This document shows positions 17,509 through 25,186 of a stretch of DNA of 25,186 nucleotides, piece after piece. Location: NCBI GenBank assembly GCA_036336835.1, contig JAYZFK010000073.1, positions 1 to 25,186 of the forward strand. The letters are read 5' to 3'. This DNA comes from Myxococcota bacterium (GTDB lineage: Bacteria > Myxococcota_A > UBA9160 > UBA4427). Position 1 is the stretch's first letter; each line of letters opens with the position of its first letter. The position numbers were made by a program, and so were the translations under genes. A model generated the notes under the pieces. It had not been told where the DNA came from, did no database searches, and saw only the letters and a list, made by a program, of their open reading frames with translations.

Positions 17509-18512
17509 AGTCGCCGCAATGGCTCGCTCTCGAGTCGGAGGGCCTGGTGCGCGTGGAGCCCCACGCGCCGGGCAGCGAGTTCCTGCTCGTGATTCGGCCG
17601 TCGGCCGACGAGCCGTCGCTGCTCGAGTGGGCGGTTCGCCACCGCGAGCCGATCCGCGAGCTGCTGCTGCAGTACGGCGCGATCCTGTTCCGCGGTTTTG
17701 GCGCCCCGAGCGCGGCGAGCGACTTCGAGCGGTTCATCGAGGCCACCGGCGACGGCGAGCTGCTCGCGTACACCCACGGCTCCACTCCGCGCGAGAGCGT
17801 CAGTGGGAGGATCTCGACGGCGACGATCTATCCTCCCGACCGCCCGATCCCGCTGCACAACGAGCAATCGTACTCGCGCAGCTGGCCGCTCAAGCTCTGG
17901 CTCTTCTGTCACCGCGCGGCTGCGCACGGCGGCGCGACCCCGCTCGCCGACAGCCGCCGGGTGCACGCTGCGATCGACCCGCGCATCCGAGAGCGCTTTG
18001 CCGAGAAGGGGGTGATGTACTTGCGCAACTACGGCGAGCTGATCGACGTCCCCTGGCAGCAGGCCTTCCTGACCGACGACCGCTCGCGCGTCGAAGACTA
18101 CTGCCACGAGCAGGGCATCGAGTTCGAGTGGCTGGAGGGCAACGGACTGCGGACGAGGCAGGTCTGCCAGTCCGTCGCCGAGCACCCCGAAACGGGGGAG
18201 ACCGTGTGGTTCAATCAGGCGCATCTGTTCCACGTGTCGAGCCTCCCGGGCGCACGGCGTCGACAGCTGCTCGCGCTGTTCGGCGAGCGGGATCTGCCGC
18301 GCCACGCCTGCTTCGGCGACGGATCTCCGATCGACGACGCGATGCTCGACGCCGTTCGCGGCGCCTACCAGCGCGAGTGCCTGGCATTTACCTGGCGCGC
18401 CGGGGACCTGTTGATGGTCGACAACATGCTCGCCGCGCACGGGCGCGAGGCGTTCCGCGGCGAGCGCATGGTCTGGTTCGGCATGGCGGAAGCGCACTCT
18501 GTGCAAAGCTGA
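17505..18512 (+). CDS. TauD/TfdA-family Fe(II)/2-oxoglutarate dioxygenase, SyrP-like
   Basis: ATGA overlap with the HEAT gene stop; GAILFRGF, STPR, IPLHNEQSY (HxE), GGATPLADSR, WFNQAHLFH, DNMLAAHGR. Confidence 0.92.
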   Translation: MKSPQWLALESEGLVRVEPHAPGSEFLLVIRPSADEPSLLEWAVRHREPIRELLLQYGAILFRGFGAPSAASDFERFIEATGDGELLAYTHGSTPRESVSGRISTATIYPPDRPIPLHNEQSYSRSWPLKLWLFCHRAAAHGGATPLADSRRVHAAIDPRIRERFAEKGVMYLRNYGELIDVPWQQAFLTDDRSRVEDYCHEQGIEFEWLEGNGLRTRQVCQSVAEHPETGETVWFNQAHLFHVSSLPGARRRQLLALFGERDLPRHACFGDGSPIDDAMLDAVRGAYQRECLAFTWRAGDLLMVDNMLAAHGREAFRGERMVWFGMAEAHSVQS

Positions 18513-18531
18513 CGCGAGCGCCCGGGTGTGC

Positions 18532-20250
18532 TCAGCGCGGGAGCTCGATGCCGAATCCGATCAGGAAGAGGCGGAACAGGTCCCCGACCGTGCCGCCCGA
18601 GGCGGGCCGCATGAAGATGTGGATCAAGCCGAAGAACTGCAGCGTGCAGTACGCGGCGAGGATGTCTCCCGCGATCCAGCGATCGCGGGTCCACGGCTTG
18701 CGCGTCGGCTTGCGCAGCATGCGGAAGAGCTGGTAGCCGGAGATACCCAGTCCGAGCAGCACGAAGTAGGGCCAGGTGCCGACCGTGTGCATCAGGTCGT
18801 CGACGCTCAGCTCCCGGAAGAAGACCCGCTCGCTCACGTGCCAGATGAAGTTCCCGACCGTTGCCGCCATCATGCTCGCCACGAAGACCCGCAAATGGCG
18901 GGATCCCCGGAAGAGCCGAAAGAAGCTCGGGTAGTAGAAGGCGCGGACCAGGAACTCTCGGTAGTGAAAGGCGAAGCGGCCCCAGAGTGCGACCAGGTTC
19001 GTGGCCTTCCAGGGCCGGTCGTAGTAGGCGGCCACGTCGTACCCGAAGAGCCGCCAGACACCCACCTTGAAGTGCATGACGCTGCCGAAGAAGAGCATGA
19101 AGCGAGCCAGGTCGAGGAGCGTCGTGAGCAGCACCGAGGCGGTTCCCACCTCCGCGCCGGCCACGAAGTGGCGCACCAGGAAGCGGGTGTTGCAGCGGTA
19201 GACGGGAATGCCGAGTCCGTCGAGCCACTGGCTCACGCCGTTGCGGAGCCAGTCCCAGCATACGAGGTAGAGGAGCGCGATCCCCAGCAGGCGAAGGCCG
19301 TCCACCACGATGTCGTTCTTGTCTCGCGACAGGAAGTTGTTGTTGAGATAGGCGTAGCCCTGGGGGATCGAGACGCCCCAGCTCCAGTTGGGGATTGCTC
19401 CAGGGCTCACGAAGACGGCGAGATAGCGGTGGAGGGGCAGGTCGCTCGGGACCTGACCGTCGCGATGGTCGATGTAGTACATCGTCATGCGCGCCCACTG
19501 CCAGAAGAACATCAGCAGTCCGAGTGGCAGCTGCCAGGCGTTGCCGGTGCGGGACTCGGCGAGGATGCCGACGCAGATGGTGAGGATCGCCGAGTGCACA
19601 GCCGCCGGCTGCACGATCGCGGCGATGCGCGGGCGCTCGAGCGCCGGCAGCAGTGCGTGGCGGTAGAGCGCGGCGGAGATCGCGGGTAGCAGGCCGATCC
19701 AGACCCAGCGGTCGAGTCCGGCTCCCGCTTCGTGCACGAAGGCCAGGTAGGCCGCGAGCCCCGCGGCAGCGCTGACGGGCAGGCCGCGACGCCGATCGGG
19801 ATGCAGGACGAGATAGACGACGAAGTGGGCGAGCAGCAGGGCGCAGGTTGCCTCGACTCCGTAGAGCACGACGATGGCCACCGTTGCCCACAGCACCAGC
19901 GAAGCCTGCTTGTAGCGAAGTGGCAAGAAGTAGGCGCACAGGAACGCCGCGGCGAGCGCTCCGAAGAAGACCAGGCGTTCGTCGTCGCTGCGATCGACGC
20001 GGTCTGTCAGCGAAATCTGGAGGTTCGACTCGACGTTGCCGTCGTCGTCGAAGACGGCCGGTAGCTCCACGCCGAGGTCCCCGGCGAGCTCCGCCGGTAG
20101 GCGCAGGCCCACGGAGCCGGCGGCCTGCGTGAACAGATAGACGTAGACCGCGAGCACTCCGAGGACCGCGAGGACCACGAGCGGTCGATGCCGATCGTGG
20201 GCGCGGCGCAGCGCGTCGTCGACCGGAACACTCTTCAGCAGGCCGGGCAC
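18532..20250 (-). CDS. MBOAT family membrane-bound O-acyltransferase (DltB/AlgI-like, divergent)
   Basis: Polytopic; YYDRPWKATNLVALWGRF (aligns by eye to NFxxPxxA...FWxRW), FLVRAFYYP, GNFIWH (putative catalytic His); adjacent to ACP. Confidence 0.8.
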   Translation of the reverse strand: MPGLLKSVPVDDALRRAHDRHRPLVVLAVLGVLAVYVYLFTQAAGSVGLRLPAELAGDLGVELPAVFDDDGNVESNLQISLTDRVDRSDDERLVFFGALAAAFLCAYFLPLRYKQASLVLWATVAIVVLYGVEATCALLLAHFVVYLVLHPDRRRGLPVSAAAGLAAYLAFVHEAGAGLDRWVWIGLLPAISAALYRHALLPALERPRIAAIVQPAAVHSAILTICVGILAESRTGNAWQLPLGLLMFFWQWARMTMYYIDHRDGQVPSDLPLHRYLAVFVSPGAIPNWSWGVSIPQGYAYLNNNFLSRDKNDIVVDGLRLLGIALLYLVCWDWLRNGVSQWLDGLGIPVYRCNTRFLVRHFVAGAEVGTASVLLTTLLDLARFMLFFGSVMHFKVGVWRLFGYDVAAYYDRPWKATNLVALWGRFAFHYREFLVRAFYYPSFFRLFRGSRHLRVFVASMMAATVGNFIWHVSERVFFRELSVDDLMHTVGTWPYFVLLGLGISGYQLFRMLRKPTRKPWTRDRWIAGDILAAYCTLQFFGLIHIFMRPASGGTVGDLFRLFLIGFGIELPR

Positions 20251-20262
20251 GGATCTCCCGAG

Positions 20263-20514
20263 CTATTCCGCCGACCGGCGCGCGACCAACGCCGAGAGCG
20301 ATTCGATGTCCTTGAAGTTCTCGCCGCTGATGTCCGCCCGCGAGAGCCGGATCCCGAAGCTCGACTCGAGGAAGAGCACCGTCTCCGTGATGCCGAGAGA
20401 GTCGATGAACCAGTCCTCCAGCAGGTTCGTGTCGAGGGCGAGCGCGACGCCCTCATTGGGGAACTCGCGCTCGAGGAAGCACTGGATGCGCTCGCTGATC
20501 TCGCTTGCGTCCAT
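20263..20514 (-). CDS. Acyl carrier protein (DltC-like size and motif)
   Basis: 83 aa, acidic; LLEDWFIDSLG phosphopantetheine Ser motif; FLESSFGI, ENFKDIESL. Confidence 0.92.
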   Translation of the reverse strand: MDASEISERIQCFLEREFPNEGVALALDTNLLEDWFIDSLGITETVLFLESSFGIRLSRADISGENFKDIESLSALVARRSAE

Positions 20515-20517
20515 CGC

Positions 20518-22017
20518 CTATCCGTCCCCCGTGAGCGCATGGGTCTCGACTGCGCTGCGGCGATCCGGCTTCCCCGATGCCGTGAGCGGCAGCTCCGGCA
20601 GCGCGACCACCTTCCGCGGCACCATGTAGCCGGGAAGCTTGCGCTGCGCCTGCTGCGCGAAGCTGCGCGGCGAGAAGTGCTCCGGCTCGCTCGGTACGAC
20701 GAAGGCCCAGGGAATCTCGCCCAGGATCTCGCGCGGGTCGGGTACGCCGGCAATGAAGTACTGCTCCACACCGTCCACCGGGCCGAGCTCGGCCTCGACC
20801 TCCGCCGGGAAGAAGCTGTAACCGGCGGATTCGATCCTGTCATCCCGGCGACCGAGGAGCTCGAGGAAGCCCTGCGAGTCGAGCCTTCCGTAGTCCCCGG
20901 TCGCGAGCCAACCCTCGACGAAGCGCTCGGCATCGAGGTCCGGACGGCCAAAGTAGCGGCGGCCGAGCTGTGGCCCGCGCAGGAAGACCTGCCCGGTCGA
21001 GTCCGCAGCCAGGCGCCGGCCGTCTTCGTCGCGGACCTCGACGTCGACGCCGGGCGCCGGCCGGCCCACGGTGTCGAGCTTCGCGGGATGTGCGCGCGCG
21101 TCGAGAACCAGTGCACGGGAGCACTCGGTGAGCCCGTAGTGGACGAAGACGCGCGCTGCGGGCACGAGCTGCAGCAGCCCGGCCAGCTCCGAGGCACCCA
21201 GCGCCGCGCTCCCGACCTCGATCGAGCGGCAACCCGCGAGTGCGTCGGCGGCCCGCGGTCCCGCAGCGAGCAGGAGCCGAATCACCGGCGGGGGTGCGAA
21301 GAAGCCGTGGGCGTCGAAGACCTCGATGTCGCCCAACATGGCGGGGAGTGAGAAGGGCTCCTCGGGCAGCACGACACAGCCGCCGCCGACCAGCGTGGCG
21401 GCCACCCGCTGCCAGCCTCCCGAGTGGCTGATCGGAGTGACGACCAGCTCGCGGTGATCGCCCTCGAGCCCGAACAGCTGCGAGACCATGCGGGCCGTCG
21501 CGACGAGCTGCTCGTGCTCGAGGACGACGCCCTTGGGCCGTCCCGTCGAGCCCGAGGTGAAGCGGATGACTGCCTCGCAGGTCTCGACGGTCCGCCGCGC
21601 GCTCCGCTCGGCGCGACCGACCGAGGCCGGCGTGAAGCACGCTGTGCGCGCAGCGAGATCGATCTCGAACTGCAAGGAGTCGCTGTCGGTCTGCGGCTCG
21701 GCTCCGGGCGGGAGCAGACAGAGGTGCGGCGAGGTCTCCGCGATCACGCGTGCCAGGCGAACGCGGCCGGCCCGCGGGTCGCAGGGCACGGCGATTGCTC
21801 CCACGACGCCCGCCGCCAGGATCGCCACCACGTGCTCGACGCTGTTGGGCAGGAGCACCACGAGCCGCGCGCCCGGCTCGACTCCCGCCGCGACCAGGGC
21901 GCGGCTCGTCTGCTCGACCAGGCTCAGCAGCCCGCCGTAGTCGAGGACCCGCGGTCCGGTGCACAGTGCCGGGCGGTCTGACCGGGCGTGTTCGGCAACG
22001 GCCTCGAAGAGGTTCAC
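20518..22017 (-). CDS. AMP-forming acyl-CoA/acyl-ACP ligase (ANL superfamily)
   Basis: FTSGSTGRPKGV, YGLTE, ATGD, GRRDD, LPLTASGKPDR. GTG 22017 overlaps the upstream TGA (GTGA). Confidence 0.92.
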   Translation of the reverse strand: MNLFEAVAEHARSDRPALCTGPRVLDYGGLLSLVEQTSRALVAAGVEPGARLVVLLPNSVEHVVAILAAGVVGAIAVPCDPRAGRVRLARVIAETSPHLCLLPPGAEPQTDSDSLQFEIDLAARTACFTPASVGRAERSARRTVETCEAVIRFTSGSTGRPKGVVLEHEQLVATARMVSQLFGLEGDHRELVVTPISHSGGWQRVAATLVGGGCVVLPEEPFSLPAMLGDIEVFDAHGFFAPPPVIRLLLAAGPRAADALAGCRSIEVGSAALGASELAGLLQLVPAARVFVHYGLTECSRALVLDARAHPAKLDTVGRPAPGVDVEVRDEDGRRLAADSTGQVFLRGPQLGRRYFGRPDLDAERFVEGWLATGDYGRLDSQGFLELLGRRDDRIESAGYSFFPAEVEAELGPVDGVEQYFIAGVPDPREILGEIPWAFVVPSEPEHFSPRSFAQQAQRKLPGYMVPRKVVALPELPLTASGKPDRRSAVETHALTGDG

Positions 22018-22760
22018 GTCTGCTCGCCTCGCGCCTGGAGCTGTCCAAGACGTCCGTGAAGCACAGTGAGGAAGGCGAGCAGACAGAGCAGCTGCGCCCA
22101 CAGCTCGCCGATCTCCTCGAAGGGATAATCCCAGAAGGTAGCGAGCGGCCAGCTGCGGAGTGTGGCGTCCGACAGGCTGTCGATGACCACCACGGCAAGG
22201 CCCAGCGCAAAACTGGTGCACAGCAGGGCAGCCGCCGGAGGCCAGCGACGCAGCTCGCGGACGAGCAGCGTGGCGAAGGCCAGCCCCACCGCGTAGAGCA
22301 GGTAGAGGCCGACATCGGCCGGCACGATGTAGGGGAGATCGACGAGGATCCCAGCCGGCCGCAGGACGGAGTCGCGCATTGCCTCGTGCAGGTCGAAGCG
22401 CTCATCGACGCCCAGCACGATGAAGCCGATGGCGAAGGCGATCCACACCCAGCCGGACTCGGCGAGAGGCGACCGTCCGCTGCGCCGGAGCACGCCGTGG
22501 ATGGCGTAGTTGGTCCAGGCGACCCCGGCGATCAGCATGCACTGCACGCTCGAGAACCACTCGGTCGGGCCATCCTCGACAGAGAAGAAGCGCCAGAAGA
22601 CCTGGTCGGTGATCCGAGCGTACGCGTACACGCCGAGCGGCAGGAGCGCGTTGACCGCAAGCGCCGCCGCGGCGAGGCGAACGACCTGGCGGCGGGCCGA
22701 GGCCAGGATCGCATCGCCGACCTGCGGCACGAAGCCAGGCGGTGCGGTCGTCTCAGACAT
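22014..22760 (-). CDS. Uncharacterised polytopic membrane protein, paralog B (DERFxxHE / FEExGE motifs)
   Basis: ATG 22760 (MSETTAPP) overlaps the paralog A stop by 8 nt; 6-7 hydrophobic segments; WFSSVQ, VDERFDLHE, FEEIGELWAQ. Confidence 0.8.
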   Translation of the reverse strand: MSETTAPPGFVPQVGDAILASARRQVVRLAAAALAVNALLPLGVYAYARITDQVFWRFFSVEDGPTEWFSSVQCMLIAGVAWTNYAIHGVLRRSGRSPLAESGWVWIAFAIGFIVLGVDERFDLHEAMRDSVLRPAGILVDLPYIVPADVGLYLLYAVGLAFATLLVRELRRWPPAAALLCTSFALGLAVVVIDSLSDATLRSWPLATFWDYPFEEIGELWAQLLCLLAFLTVLHGRLGQLQARGEQT

Positions 22761-23490
22761 CGCGGGCACCGGACCCGGCGGCACCGAGTTGGAGCAGCCT
22801 CCCGTCGAGCAGGAGCAGGAAGGAGAAGGCGAACAGCATCTGTGCCCACAGCTCGCCGACCTCTTCGAAGGCCGATGTCCAGAACTGGCCGAAGACCCAC
22901 TCTTGCGTGATGTCCTTCGCGAGGGTGTCGACCACGACGCTCGCTGCGGCGACACCCACGCCCGCGCCGAAGAGCACCAGGGAGAGCGGTCGCTGCCGAA
23001 GCTCGACCAGCAAGAAGTAGGCGAGCCCCAGCCCGACCCCGAGATAGGCGTAGAGGCTCACATCTCCAGCTCGGAGAAAGGGGACGTTGAAGAGCTGTCG
23101 AGGGCGGAAGACGTCATCGCGCAGATACTCGTGGAACTGGAATCGCTCGTCGATCGACAGGAAGACGAAGCCGGCCGCGAACGCGAGCCAGACCCAACGA
23201 CGTGTCCCGCGCGTTCCGAGCCCGACGTCGTCCAGCAGGCCGATCGCCTGGTGGTTCGCGTAGGAGATCGAGGCGACGAGCAGCAGCTGGATGCTCGAGA
23301 ACCAGGTGATCGCGTTCCACTCTCCCCAGAAGAACGGCGCGTAGCTCTCGCCGATCGCCTGCGCGTAGATGATCTGGCCGATGGGGAGGACGAGGTTCGC
23401 GGCGAGGAGCAACGCCGCGAAGAGCCGGAGCTGGCGCCGCCCCGTGTCCGTCAGGAGCGAGGCGGTTGCAACGGAGGGCAGCGAGGCCAC
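22753..23490 (-). CDS. Uncharacterised polytopic membrane protein, paralog A (DERFxxHE / FEExGE motifs)
   Basis: C-terminal part of track ORF 22753..24120. GTG 23490 overlaps the upstream TAG (TAGTG); WFSSIQ, IDERFQFHE, FEEVGELWAQ. Confidence 0.8.
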   Translation of the reverse strand: MASLPSVATASLLTDTGRRQLRLFAALLLAANLVLPIGQIIYAQAIGESYAPFFWGEWNAITWFSSIQLLLVASISYANHQAIGLLDDVGLGTRGTRRWVWLAFAAGFVFLSIDERFQFHEYLRDDVFRPRQLFNVPFLRAGDVSLYAYLGVGLGLAYFLLVELRQRPLSLVLFGAGVGVAAASVVVDTLAKDITQEWVFGQFWTSAFEEVGELWAQMLFAFSFLLLLDGRLLQLGAAGSGARDV

Positions 23491-24020
23491 TACGGGATCG
23501 ACGCTGCGCGGGCGGCGACGCCGTGCCGCGCGCGGATCGTGGCCAGATGGATCAGCAGTCCCGCTGCGGTGATCAGCGGGCCGGCGAGCAGGAAGGGACG
23601 TCCCAGCATCGTGAAGCCGACGAACACCACGATGATGCCGAGCATGAAGCCGTTGTTCTCGTGGAAGAAGAGCCGGTCGACGCGTGCGAAGTACGGGTGC
23701 ATGACGACGAAGAAGCGACCGGCCCAGAGGCCGGACGTCGCCACGCCCAGCGCCGCCAGCGGCAGCGTGTAGTCGGCCAGCGGCGCCGCGGTGGCGAGTC
23801 CGTAGACCGCGTAGTAGCTGACCACACCGATCGCGAGGGCCGCCCGTCCGTCGAGCCGCTGCCAGCGCAGACCGAGCAGGGTCCCGCCCATCCAGGAGAG
23901 CACGATCATTGCGTACGTCACGTAGGTGGAGCTGACGTTCATCACCAGCATGAAGAGGAAGCCGAACTGGAGTAGCGCCAGATGGAGGCCCGTGACGAAG
24001 CCGAAGAGAGCGACGTGCAT
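23490..24020 (-). CDS. Small polytopic membrane protein resembling the MFS-like N-terminal module of membrane spermidine synthases
   Basis: 176 aa, about 6 TM segments; FVTG...SSTYVTYAMIVLSWMGGTLLG pattern; sits between coupled operon genes. Confidence 0.7.
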   Translation of the reverse strand: MHVALFGFVTGLHLALLQFGFLFMLVMNVSSTYVTYAMIVLSWMGGTLLGLRWQRLDGRAALAIGVVSYYAVYGLATAAPLADYTLPLAALGVATSGLWAGRFFVVMHPYFARVDRLFFHENNGFMLGIIVVFVGFTMLGRPFLLAGPLITAAGLLIHLATIRARHGVAARAASIP

Positions 24021-24034
24021 TTCCGCGGTTCCGC

Positions 24035-25186
24035 CTAGCTGCGAAGATACCGGTCGAAGAAGCGTACCCAGCCGCGCCGCAGGACGATGTCCATGCGATC
24101 GGTCGAGAGCGGGACGGCATCCTGCACGTAGCGCTTCACCTGGACGGGGCGGATCAGCTCGAGGCGCCGCTCGTAGTTCTGCGCGGTCTCTCGTAGCTGG
24201 CGCCCGTTGAAGGGCAGATCTCGGGATGCGTAGGCGAATCCCCGGTCTGCGCGGTCGCTGTTGACCACGAGCACCTCGGGGAAGACCTGGGAGAGCGCAC
24301 CAGCGACCCGCGCGGGGGTCCGGTCGTTGTGCTGGAGCGGCCCGCTCAGCTGGACCGTGATGACCCCCTCGTCGGTTAGATGCTGCTTCGCGAGCTGGTA
24401 GAACTCCACGGTGTGCAGGGTGGCCTCCTGAATCGTCAGCGGTGAGGGCACGTCGATGATCATCAGGTCGTAGCGCTCTTCCGACTCCCGGAGAAAGTGC
24501 CGTCCGTCGTCTACGTGAAGCTGCCAGCCGTCGAGGCCGGCGAGGCTCGCCTCGTCGGTGAAGAAGCGTCTGCCCGCCTCGAGCACAGCGCCGTCGAGCT
24601 CCACCGAGGTCACCGCGCTGGAGAAGGGATGGACCTTGGGCACGGACGAGAGCGTTCCGTTGCCGATCACGAGCGTCTTCTCGGGTCGGACCAGCTCCGC
24701 CGGTAGCTGCGCGAGGTAGTAGTTGAGCGACTCGAGGTCCGTCGAGTTCAGGTTGAGCAGGCCGTCGAGGTAGAGATAGAGCTCGCCGCGTCTGTCCTGG
24801 ATGACCTCCACCTTCTGATAGGGGGAGTTGATCGAGTAGAGCACCTCCGGCCCGCGGACCGAATGCTTGTGCTCGTAGAGCAGTGCCGTGCTGCCGCGAT
24901 CGAGGTCGTCGAACGAGACCAGGGCCACCACGGCGAGGGCCGCGTAGAGCGCGGTCCAGCGCGCGCGCGCCAGGACGAGATGCAGCAGGACGCCCAGGGT
25001 CAGCCAGTACGTTCCCAGCAGGAAGATCGAGGGTCGGTTCCAGCTCAGCGCGACGATCGCGAAGCCAGTCATGAAGCCGCCCAGCTCGAGCGAGTAGTAG
25101 CTCCGCAGTCGCGCCCCCTCGGACTCGTCCCGCGAGTCCTCGGAGAGCGAGACGAGGCGGGGAAGGAAGCTCGCGAACACCAGGTT
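24035..25186 (-). CDS. Membrane-fused spermidine synthase-like / class I SAM-dependent transferase; N-terminus outside the window
   Basis: Frame open to the window edge; TM helices, then SPYQKVEV, LYLDG, LVIGNG, VELD, DGRHFL, YDLMIIDVPSP, LHTVEFY. Confidence 0.85.
   Translation of the reverse strand, partial: NLVFASFLPRLVSLSEDSRDESEGARLRSYYSLELGGFMTGFAIVALSWNRPSIFLLGTYWLTLGVLLHLVLARARWTALYAALAVVALVSFDDLDRGSTALLYEHKHSVRGPEVLYSINSPYQKVEVIQDRRGELYLYLDGLLNLNSTDLESLNYYLAQLPAELVRPEKTLVIGNGTLSSVPKVHPFSSAVTSVELDGAVLEAGRRFFTDEASLAGLDGWQLHVDDGRHFLRESEERYDLMIIDVPSPLTIQEATLHTVEFYQLAKQHLTDEGVITVQLSGPLQHNDRTPARVAGALSQVFPEVLVVNSDRADRGFAYASRDLPFNGRQLRETAQNYERRLELIRPVQVKRYVQDAVPLSTDRMDIVLRRGWVRFFDRYLRS

Noticed and set aside
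18532..22017. Naming the cassette dltABC
   Set aside because: No dltD in view, the ligase lacks the amino-acid-binding Asp, and the MBOAT is longer and divergent.

Overview
High-GC bacterial DNA with three blocks; a Myxococcota/delta-proteobacterium-like origin is my inference only. (1) 1-13478 is a catabolic cluster of steroid or complex-lipid degradation type. It holds a two-domain family III CoA-transferase, an SDR, two Ltp2-like thiolase-fold/DUF35 pairs, an amidohydrolase, a Tat-signal KstD-like flavoprotein, an MFS transporter, a small Cys-rich lipoprotein, a P450 and a PQQ/heme c dehydrogenase. (2) 13600-18512 (+) begins with a near-consensus sigma54 promoter preceded by three related dyad sites. 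These are followed by a secreted Cys-rich Ig-like protein with three (DK)n blocks, a YjiK/SdiA-regulated-like lipoprotein, a membrane-anchored HEAT-repeat protein and a SyrP-like TauD dioxygenase. (3) 18532-25186 (-) is a tightly coupled operon: a divergent membrane spermidine-synthase-like protein, a small membrane protein, two tandem paralogous membrane proteins with DE-x4-HE/EE motifs, an adenylating enzyme, an ACP and an MBOAT. This Dlt-like acyl-export cassette is the best candidate for an undescribed system. I found no RNA genes, mobile elements or CRISPR arrays.
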